DNA of 64,000 nucleotides from Bugula neritina (taxonomy: Eukaryota > Animalia > Bryozoa), in assembly GCA_964035545.1 (NCBI GenBank), contig OZ037771.1, positions 1,065,628 through 1,129,627 of the forward strand, in the 5' to 3' direction. Within the stretch, counting starts at the first letter, position 1, and the number at the start of each line of letters is the position of its first letter. Both the position numbers and the translations under genes were made by a program. Below, in pieces: positions 47,241 to 61,790 of the stretch. The notes below the pieces were generated by a model that had not been told where the DNA came from, ran no database searches, and worked only from the letters and a program-made list of their open reading frames with translations.

Positions 47241-50200
47241 GAAGGAGCTAGGGGTGAGTAACAGCATTTTGTACATTCATTTACACTTATCTCACGAAAA
47301 GCAAATGTATCATAGTGCATGTATATCATAGTATGTGAACCTTTATAATATATTGATACCTACAATGTACAACTCCCCATAATATTAACACCTATAACTA
47401 TAGAAGGATATTTGTAAGATGTAAATACCTCTAACATATAAATATAATACAAAGTTTCGACATAAATACTGTGACATAATTGTAGTGAAGTTTTGTTTAG
47501 AAGTTTTTATAAAAAGATGTAGTAGAATTAGAAATTAGAGTTAGAAATTCAACCTGTATAAAATACTAAAACTATAATTTATAATACTAGTATAACCAGC
47601 ATTAAAATATTTATTCTATATATTGTGTAAAATCAAACATTATATTTATTTTACACTATCACAGTCATTTATATAATACTTTTGTTATTAAATTGAATAA
47701 TTAATCATGTATATGTGTAAGTACAGCTTAAGCTTAGTAATGCCATTAATACCATGACCTGAGTATATACTAGCATATCTGTGAGACCATCTATTACCTC
47801 AGAGTTACATACTGATTGCATTATACAGAACCTACACCCTGCCTCCATCTCTCCATACCATTGAAACTTATCTGATAAATCAACTATTTGCTCTTGTAAA
47901 ATCAAATTTCAAAGTAAATCAGAATGACATATTTCATTTGTTGTGAGCATACAGGTGGCATGTGAGCTCAACATCATGCTTGACTTAGTTTGTTCGCTGC
48001 CAAATGACAAATTCAGTCAATATTTGAGTGTGCTTTTGCTATTGAGAATAAGATTTGCAGCCTCTACGTGTACAGAAGAACAACAAATAACTGGGGTTAT
48101 GGAAAGTAAGTAGCAGAGTTAGCTGCAGGACTCCCAACTCTCACATAATCATTCTAATTGGATGGAACATTTTTGGTGTGAAGCAAAGAAAGTCGATTGT
48201 CACGGAGAAGATAAATCTCTTGATACACTTTCCAACACAAACTTGGTATTCCTAACATTTCAGAGTGCGTAAAAGTTGACAAAAAGGGAGTATTTTAGGC
48301 AAAACAACTCTACACTTAAACCAAAACTCTTTCAGGCCCAAATTGGTAAAAGTTGAGACAAATACACACAGCAAACACTGACCACTACAGCACTGTATCT
48401 CATATTCTACAGAAGACTACAACTAAACCTACACAACATTGCTAGCTTACTTTAAACAATACACTAGACTGGCATAGCATTGATCCTTTAGAGAAAGTAC
48501 ACAAATACTGCTCGTAGTAATGCATGCTTTACTACCTACTCAATCATGACAACTTAGACAGCTGTCCAAACCTTCTCAATACTTAACTATTAACTCAGCC
48601 TTGTTGAGCATAGAGTAGTCACTCTGTTGTGGTACTAGTCACCAGTACCTCAACAATGAGTAACTAACATCCTGCCTATAGTAGGACTGGAGATCTCATA
48701 TAAAATATATTAGATTGAAAATATGAATTGCCAAGGACTTCCTTTTAAACACAGCTTTCCACACATCCTTCCTGGTATTCACCCCTCCTTGGGTGACTGC
48801 AACTGCTAGATTTTATTCCATGTATCAGTCACTAGTTACGAGTCTCAGTTACTTACAGTCACTAGTCAAAGTTACTCACAGTCACTACTCACAGTGACAC
48901 ACTCACTGCCTATACTAGTAGTTACTATTGTATAAAGATTAGCAATAGCAAGTCTAAGTATATACGTATATATGGTTTACTTTACTACTATTACACTGTA
49001 TTACTGTACTATTACTAATACTATACTGTATAGTAGCAGATTACTGCTGCTACTGTTACTGTCTCCAGTACTGTAACACTCAAGTAGTGTTTGCTTTACC
49101 TTTCAATGTGACTATATTTACAAGTGCATTGAGTAGTATTACCGTAGTAATAGTATTGAGGCAAGAATACCCATAGATGTGGCATGTGTATGCAGCAGCA
49201 GTCAGCCAAAGGTGTGGTAGGCAGTAGTGGTAGGCAGGCAGCAGTAGTGGTAGGTAGGTCGACTGAACACTGCTGCGAGCTGCACTCATTTATTGTTAGG
49301 AAATTAATTTACTCGCCACCAAACAAATACAAGAGAGCAAGAAACGGCTAAACTTAACACATTTATCAATTTTCACCACGTCAACGTAGTCCCAGAGGAG
49401 CTCTTGCCACATTGTGTTCTAACATCTTTGAGGATATTAATAGTGACATTTGCCTTCAGGCCCATGGGTAGAATCGAAGGCAAGCCATATGCAACCAATG
49501 CTTTAATTAATCACACACAGTTAATACACACTGGCAGATTGCTTGCCTTAAGTACTCTAAATAAAACTGGAAATTCTGAGGTCACTTCAAGTGTGAGAAA
49601 TAGTTTTGGTGAAAGAGTGAATATGCCATCACTCCTGTAACAATGTATTACTATCACTACTACAAAGTTTTAGTAGAAACATGACTCATTTTCATCTCTA
49701 CAAACAGTAAACAAAAATACCCAGCCTCTATTTTTAGCTACTACTTTACTACCACCATGAACTAACAGGCCCTACAACAGGTCCCACTGGTACCGGACAA
49801 GGTGTAATGTACATGATGTGTTGGAGAGATGAAAGCTAGATTGGGGTAGTTAGGGTCTTGTACGGTCAACACACATTCTACACACCAAAAGAAGAACCTT
49901 TGTTCAAACTACAAAGTAGAGAATAATTGTAATCCGAGATAGAATAAGCTATTCTCAATTGAAAAGGCTTGATTCTATCTCTTCGCAAATACAAGTAAAA
50001 TTGTATCAAGTTACTAACAACACTTATGATACAGAATTACACGACTAAGATTTGCTGCTACACTTGTATTAGCATGTCTTACACAGTGCACATTCAATAC
50101 ACAATGTTTCTACCTTGTTAGTATGCATGGTAGCACTTCCACTCAACTCAAATGTACGCATGGAGAAAGCATCACAAGACTAATATTGATTCTATCGCCA

Positions 50201-53200
50201 TTACAAAGACTCCTCAGCTACTCTATGCAGTGAATTGACTGTTGAAACTGTGATATGCCCTTTCATATGTACATCATTTATTCCTTCGTGATGCTTTCTC
50301 TCAAATTAGTATCTTGAGTGCAAAAATATCTTACAAAGTCATAGCATTGTTTACTGAATGTGTATGTTACAGTAAATGTTGAAATTGATGGCCAACACTT
50401 GATGTAGAGTTTTGACTTGTATGATGTACTTTAGTAAAATCTGCAGGTTCCTGATTTTTACTGATCTATTAGACAAGCACTAGCTGACACATGTCATGTA
50501 TTGCTGCAGGTGCTTGCTCAGCTCCATGTCAGAGGATGGGAGATCGGTAAAGCTAACTGCTGCCTTAGGTTAAACTTGGAAGATAATAATAGATGTAGGC
50601 AGCCACAACTACCAACCAATGTTATCTTTATGGCCATCAAAAGGAAATCAAATACCTGAACAATATCAATGGAAAAGCCATTATGGTTACGAAATCCATT
50701 ATGGAGGATAAAGAGAGAAAAGATAGATATGGTGTGCAATTGTGACAAAGACTGTAAATAGAACAAAGAGTATAACCAAATCCTATCACAGAAGAGGTTA
50801 AAGACAAAGTCTAGAGGATAACTCTCAGCAGCTTCTGAAATGCTGACCTTTTCTCCCATGCCGATTGGTGAGCTTAGAGTGTTTATTGAACAGAGGTGTA
50901 GTAGAGTACACTAATATGACAGTAATATACCAACTATAATATAATATGTTCAAGAATATAGTAGGTTAAAGTAGTTGTATTACAGTGTAAAGTACAACTA
51001 AAGATAGTGTAGTCAGGTTGTACAGCTTGTGACGGGCCATGCAAACTTATTTCGAAATGTGCAATGCTGTAAAAAACAAAAAGTCAATAGACATTACTTA
51101 TTACGATATGGTAGAAGTAATGAGAGACGTGTTGAACGCTTGGGTAGTCAGTAATTCAGCCTCAAGTCATAGTCAATACTGATTCAAAGTTGGATAATAT
51201 TAGCATTCAGGAAAATCTAATTAAGCATAGTCGACTAAGAAATGGAGAGAAAAGGTATGCTAGAGGTGTATTGAGCAGGGCATTGTGTGGTGAGAGCACA
51301 CATACACTGTGCATGTCAAGTGAACTGGTTTCTAACACTTTATACATGCAATACACAGCATACAGCATAGCAGAGTGAAATATACAATTTCTTAGAATTT
51401 TATAAATCTACTGAATTAACAAGTAGTGAAGTAGTGGGGGATGTTTAGTATTGGTTGGTTTAAGGGGAAGCATTGTGCTGAGTGTAGTATATAGGACTAT
51501 AGTCAGTAAACTCAAGGACAGGCTGAGCTGAAACTAGCTGCATAGAAAATAATGAATGCTAATAACTTCGCACATCAAGTATGCTTGTAGGAAAAAATGA
51601 CTACTATTCAACAATGACAATAAGGCCATTCATCTACGTGAAGAGTTTGTGAATGTTGAAAATCTTTAATCAACAAAGCAAGACAAATACACTTCACAGA
51701 CCCCTTTTACTGCAATGGCGGCTACAAGCCAAAGACCGTTTCAGATAGAGTGAAAGAACGGCAGGTAAAATTCTACCCAGTTAAAACTACAGCAAAATCC
51801 AATAAACTAGTAGAGAAGGAGACTAAAGCAGCCCTAATAAGACAGATTATACCGAGGGATATAATCAATTTGCACTCAGGGAGTGTGTAGTGTTGATAGA
51901 GAGAACAGCTGGTGGCTATAGAGAGGAGAGATAGAGGAAGCTAAGAGCAAGTGTTGTGTCCATCCGAACATATGTATGTTCTAAGAGATAACAGCACAGC
52001 TTATCAAGTCTGATGAACAAATAGAGAGTAGTATATACTATCTGTAACAATGTGGATAAGTGATGGATACACTAATAACAATTATCTTATAGTGTAAACA
52101 ATACACCAGGAACATATGCAACTACCAGCACAACCCACAACAAAACCCTTTCACAGGCCACATACAACTAATTATTAAATAATTAAACATATATTTTTTA
52201 TTGTAAACATTTCTTTTACCTGTACAAGATATATTCCTTACCTTCAGGTACTAATAGGAATTTAATTTCTATAATAATAACACTAATGCTATGCAGCAAG
52301 GTCAATCCTTGTACAGATAAGACTAAGTTCTGTAGTCACTGTCACCTGATAAAGGGTCACTCACCTCACCATCCGTCAATGACAAGTGTTCCTCCAAGTA
52401 TTCAGTAGAGTTCTACAGTCTCATTAGAAAAGGTCAGCACTTGGGGCACAGCAAGCAGTAATATATATGTTGTTCAACTAACTTATGACTCTTTTAATAG
52501 AAAGAAAAATGGAGATGAGTTTTATTACTAGTGGCTACTTTGTTCTCTAGTTATCTTGGTTAAAGTCGGAAGAAGTAGTTACACACAGAGCAGAGCAGAG
52601 GCAACTGTAGCACGCATTTACATCAAGCACTAATGTACAAGCAATGAGCATAAAAAAACTACAGCTAATCATTAACAAGTAGCCACACACACTAACTTAT
52701 TTATCTAATGAGTACATTGCATTGTGGGAAGATTCTTTCTGAGGGCATGACCCTATAAAAAACTATAAACAATGCCTTCGGGAGATGATAACTCCCTTAT
52801 TGAACTCTGAGTAGATTATTTTAATTGGTAGATAGAACTATTAGATATATTATTTTACTTTTACTCTATTCACAATGTTAAAACTGTCAAATGTTCAAAG
52901 ATTATGTATTGGACTATTTTCACATTTAGCAATACAAATAATTGTGTAAATATTTGAGCATACAATATAATTTATATTAAAAATATTTAAAATGGTTTTA
53001 ATCACACTGATCTAACAGAAAATAAGTGTCCATGATAAATATAATACACTATTATTATTACAGTGGTTTAGAAATAGTATAGAAATTTTTATTTATAATT
53101 ATTTTGGATGTTGAGTATATATAATTATTAAAATGTACCAGTGAAGTTTTTAAAAGATTTTATTACCAGCAGCTTCATGTGTGCCACACTCCAATCATCA

Positions 53201-53301
53201 GTCAAACACTTTTAATAAAATATTTCTTTATACTTATAACTCATTAGAGTATATTAGTGCGCGTTTTAGCAGCTAATATGAAATATATACACTTAAATAA
53301 G

Positions 53302-53333
<32 letters not shown>

Positions 53334-53764
53334 AGCTACATCACTCTTCTGTATTCATCAGATTTAAAAAACTAAATAAATGAACTCCTGGAAACAGTAG
53401 AACTTTAGATCAGCTGAGAAGAGACAGGAAAAGCAAAAACTCTAGGTGACTGTCACAAGACCCCAGAGTGTTATCTAGCTACATATCCATCATATATACT
53501 GGTATTACTTTACACAGGTACATGGCCCACAAAGTAACAGTCAACTCAGCGGTGGTATTATTAAACTTACTGAAGCCTCAGCTTCAACACAGACCAACCC
53601 ACAAAGGGGAGACAACAGAACAGCACTTGTGACATGAAAGTTTATTGCTTTCAAATCAAACCCCCACACTTACAAATTAAAATAAGACACTCCGACCAAC
53701 AAGAAACACCACGTCTGGTAACTGTTCACAGCTCCAGAGAAAGTCAGCTTTAAGAAAAGGGGGA

Positions 53765-53902
53765 CACTTACCTACGAGTTGAAGGAGCGTAGAAAGAGGC
53801 TGAGAGAAGGGGGAAACACACCTACAAGTTAAAGGAGTGTAGAAAGAGGCTGAGAGAAGGGGGATACTTACCTACAAGTTGAAGGAGTGTAGAAAGAGGC
53901 TG
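53765..53902. repeat. 50-bp repeat, ~3 copies, carrying minus-strand donor-like AG|GTAAGT
   Basis: Period 50 (53771, 53821, 53871). Confidence 0.85.
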
Positions 53903-56900
53903 CCAAAGCAATAGTCTAAAATATCCAACAATGGTGGGCGATGCAGCAGCTAAGTGGAGCGAGGCCGACAGGTAGAATGGTATAGTGTTGCGTTGGCTAT
54001 GAACACGAGGCAAGCAATGCTGGAGTCAGAATAATAGTTCTATTACTTTGTCATCATCTCACAACTCACTGCTGATAAAATAATATACTTGGTTTTTTCT
54101 GCCAAAAACTGCACCAACTCCAATACAAACATTGGTGTGTGGGAGCCACATCACAAGCACCAGTATATAATAGATACTGGGTTAAAAGAACTTGGGCTAG
54201 GAGATGCAATCATTCCTGTACAGGGTGAAAGTGCATGTATGAGATGAGGGATGGTAACCAGCTTAGAGGTGCAACAGCCACAGCGAGAGTATCTCAGTAT
54301 TTAGCCTCAGCTTCCAGTATCTCAGCTACTGCATTATATACAGCAGCCAGCAAGTATACTATGCTTTCACTTTACTTCCAACAAATAGAACCAAAAATAT
54401 CATCAAGATGTCATTGGCAAGAAAAGATGGAGGATATTCACATTGCTGACTGGCTCTAGTCAGTTCCATTGTATCATGGTCAGTTGACTTGGGTTGCATC
54501 ATGGTATGGAAAGAGACTTAGTAACTGCCAACTGATACTAAGAGATAACTGGTAGCATGCCACCACATCCTCTCCTACACGTACACAACTCTCAAGGAAA
54601 CAACACTGTGTTCCACTGAACAGCAACGCAATATATTCTACAAATTATGCAGCATTCCACACGGATCACTCAGAGCATGCTCTTCTCATAGAAGCAGAAT
54701 TTTAATGTCTCTTCAACCAAAGAAAGTTGAATTAAAATGTCTGATTAGTTTTAGTTTATGGTAATCTATTCGCAGGCATCAAAATAAAATAAATGAGAGT
54801 TTATAAATTTGTACTATAAAAACAAATTAATCTGCTATCTATGAAAACATACACTCACAGGTGGCAGGTACCCCCCAGGTAAGTCCTCTATTTACATCTT
54901 CACTGTAAATGAGGTAAGAATAGGCAGCTTGGCATGAGAAAGGGCAGCCTATTCTGTGGTGCCTGAAAATGCCAGTCCTAGATATGCTAACGAAGAAACT
55001 TTCACAGGGACAAGATGTTAGACCTGGCCCCATCAACAGGGTTTCAATATAAATCCTACAGCAATTGTATGTTTGCCACTTAGCACACTTTTTATTTTTG
55101 CAAGTAGAATGATTCAACAAAGAAAACAGGAAGCCAGCTTTTGAATATTTTAATTTTAGTATTCAAATAAAATCCAAATATACAGAGGGAGACAACTTTA
55201 AAGCCTATCAACTTTTTTCAAAACAAGATTATGAAAACCAACATATAAAACATATAGGAGTTTGCAAAAAGGTTACAACATTTTCAACTAAAGGTTTTAA
55301 ATATATAAAAATGCAATATACTAGTTTTTGAACCCACCCTGGCATTTTCTCTTTATTCTGCATAATATTTAGTTTCACTCTGACAGGAGGAAAGCTGACT
55401 CAGACCAAATAAGTAGCACATGATGATATCATACATGGAGGATGGGGATACGAGGATAAGGTGATACCAAAGTCAGATATAGACTGCAGGTAATACATAC
55501 AACACAATGCGTGTCTGTCTGTGTGTCTCAACTACATCCTGTCTCACCTGATTAGCATGTATAATGTGCATGTATCTGATTCATAGGTACACATGTCTTA
55601 CCTAGTTTCACTCAGTCAACAGTCTCAGCACTAAGTTTCAGGATAAAAATACAAGTTGAATGCTAAAATATTATTGCTTAAAATAAACTCTATAGAGGCT
55701 GGTTATATTATTATAAAATACTTTAGGATATATTCTATTGTATGCATATAATTTCATTTACTGCATTTCTGTAATAAATTATTCATTATTACATAATATA
55801 GGACACATCATGCCAATATCTGCAGGATAATGAAACAAGTGCTGGCAACCTTGGCTGGCATAATTTCTATTTATAGGTTCATAATGCAAGTCTTATCCAT
55901 GAATGCTGCCTGGTCATGCATATTCCTATTACCAGTAGCCCATCTACCAAACATATCTTATAGTTAATGATGTACCAGAATCCCCTAGCATTACATTTAT
56001 GCAGTATTATTTACACATATCTTGGCTATCAGCTAAATACAACTTCAGGGTAGTATGTCCAAGCACATTGGTATAAAATTTATGTATGCATTTCTTGAAT
56101 TAATTCGAGACTATGATGGGTTTTAGTTTTGTAGCACTATAGAACTGATATACTAATTATTGCTAACATTAACTCTTAATATCTGTAAGAGGTAGTTTCG
56201 TCTGCTTTCTCACTTATAGCAGCATGTATATAGCTAGGATTTAGCATAGCAAGTCATAAAAGTTGAGAACAAGGTAAGGAGGGCAAGCTATGGTATACAC
56301 TAACAAATCACACTGCAAGTATCAAATTTGACTAATATTATAAACAAGACTAATCACAGCCAGTGTAAGTTTAGTCTAGGGTGCAATTAAAATCGTATAG
56401 TGTCACACGTCACCTAAATCAACGCTGCAACTTGAAATAAGAAGTGAAAACTGCACCCAAGCATTGATTTACACCGCTGTGTATGTCAGTATGTAGAATG
56501 TAGAGTGAGTGACAGTACACTTGTAATATTGTGTTACACTGACCATGTAATTCCTCTCTCTTTAGGCATTTTTATTGCACAGAGTTAGAAGTGCAAAAAT
56601 ATTAGTGGCATTGTAAATGACTTCAGGGAAACCAAATCAGTATAGAATAAATTCTGACACTTGGTGCTCAAAACCAGAATGGATGCACCACCACTTCTCC
56701 CTTCTATGACCTGTAACCAGTCAACCAAACAACCAACACCAACAGCAGGTGTTACCAGGCAATACTCAGCTGACTGTGAGGTGGGCTAAGACAACTGAGA
56801 CAACCTCTGCCCAGTCCCAATACCAAATTCTTATCGTCAACTCAATCACGAACAAGAAATGACCTTCACCTTGTGAGAGAAGACTGAAGCAAAGTTAGTA

Positions 56901-59900
56901 GCTTTGAGAAGTTAGACAAGGTATAGAGGAGGAGAAGATATTATACAATCAGCATAATTAGATGTGAGAAATGCACATATTTTACACAGTATGACCTTAC
57001 ACATCTGCAACAGGAAACAGGAAGTGCCTTGCATAAATAAGATGAACTGCATAATAGCCCCGGGACAGCAACCTATATAGTAACAATACCGGTCACAGCA
57101 ACCTAACCAGGACAAAAATTGCTCAGCCCTAGCTATGAAAAGCAACCACTCAGTCCTTACCATCACCAGCTCCGATATTAACCTAAAACAGTCAACAGTT
57201 GATATAGGAGAAAGGAGACAGTAAGGCAGGTGTTTATAAAGTAAACTAGCAATATTTAAATAGCCATCACCTAGTATACAGGTGACTGCAGTGGCAGCTA
57301 GTGACAGGGGGAGAGTAAATATCTACGCTGATGTCAGCATGCCTTTCACTGACTTCGCTGACATCAAGTAAACAGCAAAAAGATATGGCAGCAGGAAAAT
57401 GATGAGAATGCAGAATAATAAAGGAGCCACAAGTAGAAGCTAATGAGAGATTCTAAGCCTGCTAACCACAATATTTCTCCCCAGACTTGGCCTCAATTCC
57501 CAGCCAAATAATACCGTGATCTCTTGGCTTTATAGTTTATTATTTCTATGGTAACTGTCATTCAACAGTGGAACACTGGAGTTATCTGACCCTAAACTAG
57601 ATGGTTACTACTCCCTAGCTGAGACCATTTCTACTATTAGTTTAAATATTCTGGTTGCTTCAGAGAGGAAGATTTTTGCTCCTACAGTTGGTAACAAAAA
57701 GTCGAGAAATACATCTATTGTAATGATAACCCATAAGTTTTAACATAGAATTAAATCTATCATTAGCTGGTGCTATTTTTAGCTGCTAGACATGCTAAAT
57801 ATGATGCTATGATCATGTAATTTGTATTTATATTAAAATATGATCAAGTTAATCTCATAATCAATTTACACTTTAATTTGTGATAGAAGTTGAAGTAACA
57901 CAACCAAACCCCAAACATCTAAACAGAAGTCTGAGTACTAGATTAGGGTGAGCTAACTCTACAGGTGAGAGACGCCTCCCCCACCTCTCAGAATTATGGT
58001 TACTGGGTGAAACTGCTGATAGAATACAGGTATACAGAAGAGACTTACTTGGGAGATGGAGCCACAGGAATGGGTGAGCCATAAGAAGGAAGTGAAATGT
58101 GATTGGACATCTTGTAGTTTACGGCAGCTAATTCACCTGCATAGACCATGAAGTATGATGAGAAAATAGACAAAATAAAATGAACTTATAATATACACTA
58201 TACAGCTCATTATATTACAGAGAAAATGGCTGAAGCACTGGTAGTTTGGTGTGTGGGGAGAAAACTCCATATACATTTCTGTCCGTGGTTTTAGATTAGC
58301 CAACAAGTTTTAGATTGCTGGGTATTTGAGTGCTGCCGAGGGATCACTACATCAGCTCAGCTTTATGTAGCCAAACTACACGAAGCAGGAGCACAGAATG
58401 GAACAGGATTATTAAAAGTATGTTGCTTACAAAGCAAGTAGCCAATAGAAACACAGAAAAATAAACATTCGCATACTTATCATAGCAATAGAAGACAGAA
58501 AAACTTCAACCAGGACACAAGTCAGTGTCTCAACCTCCAAGATACTAAGTAGTCCCTTTATTTTATTACTTGAAACTTTAACTTCTACACAGAGAGTTAT
58601 CCTCTATTTTGAAGCTAGGCTGATGAATGTTGGAAAATGTTTAAGAAAACGTGGGAAAGTCACATCTAATGAAAATTTAAGAGTGAAAATATGTTTGCAT
58701 GAACATATAGTACTATTGATACTTGTTTGTTGAGAATCAGTAAAACAACCTAAATTTGACTGAAAATATGCACAACTACTTATTCATGCAGTCAACTTGT
58801 ATTTTATATATCCCAGCTTCATTACGTTTTACCTGAAACACAAACTTCGTTTTACATGTAACATTTTTATAAGTTATACCTGTTGAGTTACCTGCAAGAT
58901 CCAGTTAGATTAAGTGAAGAATACGCCTACATAACTGGAACTAAGTCTATCAACGTGCATGTTATCCTCTACTCTCTAAAATCAACAAAACAATAAGACA
59001 TAACCACGCCTTGAAATATTGTAGCATTGAATGTTGGATTTACACAAATTTTATTACATCATAGATTTGATATCTCATCAACTAATATAAGTAGACTTAA
59101 GAGTGTTCCAAGTGGAGACTAAAATAAAAGGAATAATTTCTAGAATTAGTTAAATTAAAAATATCAAAACAAGTTTCAAAGGATTGAAGCTCCTTCACCC
59201 AATGAACAATTAACTAAAATACAGACTGCAGACATAAGAAGTACAAGCAATCTCTGGGTTGAGTGTTCACAAAAAATGTTGAAAAATTTTGTTTTCGCAA
59301 AAATGGCAGTTTTAAAAAAGATGGTTTAATTCACCCCTCCCTCCAGGGGAATCCCCCAGTCTATCTTACAAGCATGACCAACATCTATGTTTGGAACCAG
59401 AAGCACCACATATGAGAAAATCAAGCAATATTGCTGCACACTAAATAACTTCTGTAATGTTAATTAAATATCGGCAAGAACTAAGATTATTTTAGGCCTA
59501 ACTTTGCACTTGATCCATAAAAATAGAAATAAAATGTTAAATTCATTAATAAATATGAGTCGAAAGGAGCATTTTTACAGTTGGGTTGATAATGTGTTTC
59601 AGAGTAGATTATTTGGAGATTAACAAACTTGTACATTATGAAAATTAATTCGCAGGTTAAAAGCTCACAAACATGCTATTTCACTTAAACAAATGATATC
59701 TTCACAACTGAGATGATGACTAGTACGCAAGAATGTAGGGTAGTATCAACAAACTTACACTAACAGATCAATATATTCCGATAAAGTTAGGCTTAGGTTA
59801 AAAGCCAAGACTGACTGGACTATTGTCAAGGTCAACAACAAAGGTGACATGAAAATGCAAAAAGAATGAAGATAAACTTGGTGAAGAATACCAACTCAAA

Positions 59901-61652
59901 GTGTAATAAATGCTGACAAGTACATACAAGGTTCATATCAAATGACGTAAAGCCTGTGGCAGTGTTTACTAATTAATTTGTACATACCTTCAATTGATTA
60001 CAAGGGTAAACACTCTATGTAATTATTTTTCTATTTGTATTGCAGAATCATTAACTTGAGCTGCACCAACTTTATGACTTGCTTCTCTGAAATATTTGCA
60101 GCGAGCATTATGCTAACAATGTGTCTGAGGAATTTGTCAAACAATGGTATTACAAATTAATTCACACAACCTATGACAGTTATGCAAAAGTTCTAGCACT
60201 AAATTATATTTTAATATTATCATTATACAAAATATTATATTTTTTATATTACATATAATATAGTTATATATGTTTGCAAATTATTGACATGTATAACCTA
60301 TACTACTATAGTGAAGACAACTACCAAAACTATGCTTTTACACACAGTATTGCTGCTTTTTATCTAAAAAAGTAGGCTATTTTGCAGAACGACAGGTACA
60401 GTAAAACAGATTGCAGACCAGTTTTGTATGATAAGAGTAAATTTGAGCTACCATTGAGAAAGGTCACCTTTGACTGTGAGTTAAATAATAACCTGGAATT
60501 AAGAGTAGAGAGATTTGTGTTAAACCATGAACAAAGCAACGCTATCTTCTAACGTAATAATTGTAAGTTTATTTTTGAAGGTAATTAAGATGGCTTGTTA
60601 ACAAATAAGAAATGATTACTTTCAGAATACTTGGTAAACTATATTTTTCATCTTTGTACTTTTCAGATCTTCCTAAACTTTAATTTTGGTCTCTAGTTTA
60701 AAACGTTTGTGGTTATTGAAAAATGCACACTTATTCAGACAGCATTTGTCAAATTACCAGCCCTACATCAACATAGCAAATTAGAAAACTTATAAACAAT
60801 ATAATCACTTTTGAGTCATCCAATATAATCTAATGATGAATCAATTTGGTTATTGTGATTAATAGTTTATTTTGTTAGGTTACCAGGTAGATAGACAGCA
60901 ACCCTAGTGATTGGGAGATATTAGCATTACTCAATGATTACATTGAAACCTTGTGAAGTGAGTGTTCTTACACAGTAACGGTTAGTCTAACCTTAACTTT
61001 TTTAGCTTCTGTTGACATAAGAAATTGCCTGCTCATGAAATATAATAAATGTGACGAATTAATATTAACTTCAAGTTTAACTTCAATTTGAATTGCTAAT
61101 ATTCATTACCATAAATCAATTATTATAATAATCATAATGGTAGTTATAATGCTTCTAATTAGTAATTATTAATTATCATAATATTTATAACATATAAATA
61201 ATATATAAGTATTTTTAGAGGTAAAAGTAAACTAAAATTACTCATTGATCTCGAGGTCCTATGATTAGTATTACTATTACTATTAGTATTACTAGTAGTA
61301 GTACTATTAGTATTAGTATTAATACTATTAGTATTATTATTATTATTATTATTATATACTTCCAGTCGCAGTATTAACATTACTAATACTAATAGCATAT
61401 TATTATTTGTTCTCTTTGAGCATTTACGGGGCTTCTCAAGATTAGTATGATCAGTGACGATAATAAAAATCAACTCTATTGATTATAAATATATTTATTC
61501 CCATTTCAATTTTGTGGCAGTGCCAATTGATTATCATTATTCTCACAATTACAATACATACGCAAAGCAACCAAAATTACGTTGTTATAATTCAAGACAC
61601 GTGGTAATCATAATCACATAGGATTAGATAAGAATTAGCAAAAGCATTTTGT

Positions 61653-61790
61653 ACTTACAAAACATGGGTATTAAAGTTTGGAATTAGTGGACGACAACTT
61701 GAATAACTCACATGGTAATGTGATTGTCAAAGTGAAAGTAGACGACATTGAGCTCTACGCACCGTTATTCATGTACGTGACGCAAATGTA
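61653..61790 (-). promoter_or_regulatory. Putative mbl promoter and non-coding first exon; donors GTAAGT (61653-61658) and GTGAGT (61706-61711), CRE-like ACGTGACGCA (~61775-61784)
   Basis: CpG-containing patch with minus-strand donors followed by an AT-rich first-intron-like tract; no other gene found in 44.3-61.6 kb. Confidence 0.4.

Noticed and set aside
44600-61600. Nested protein-coding gene or transposon ORF in the long mbl 5' region
   Set aside because: Only short ORFs without domains; no transposase or RT motifs seen.
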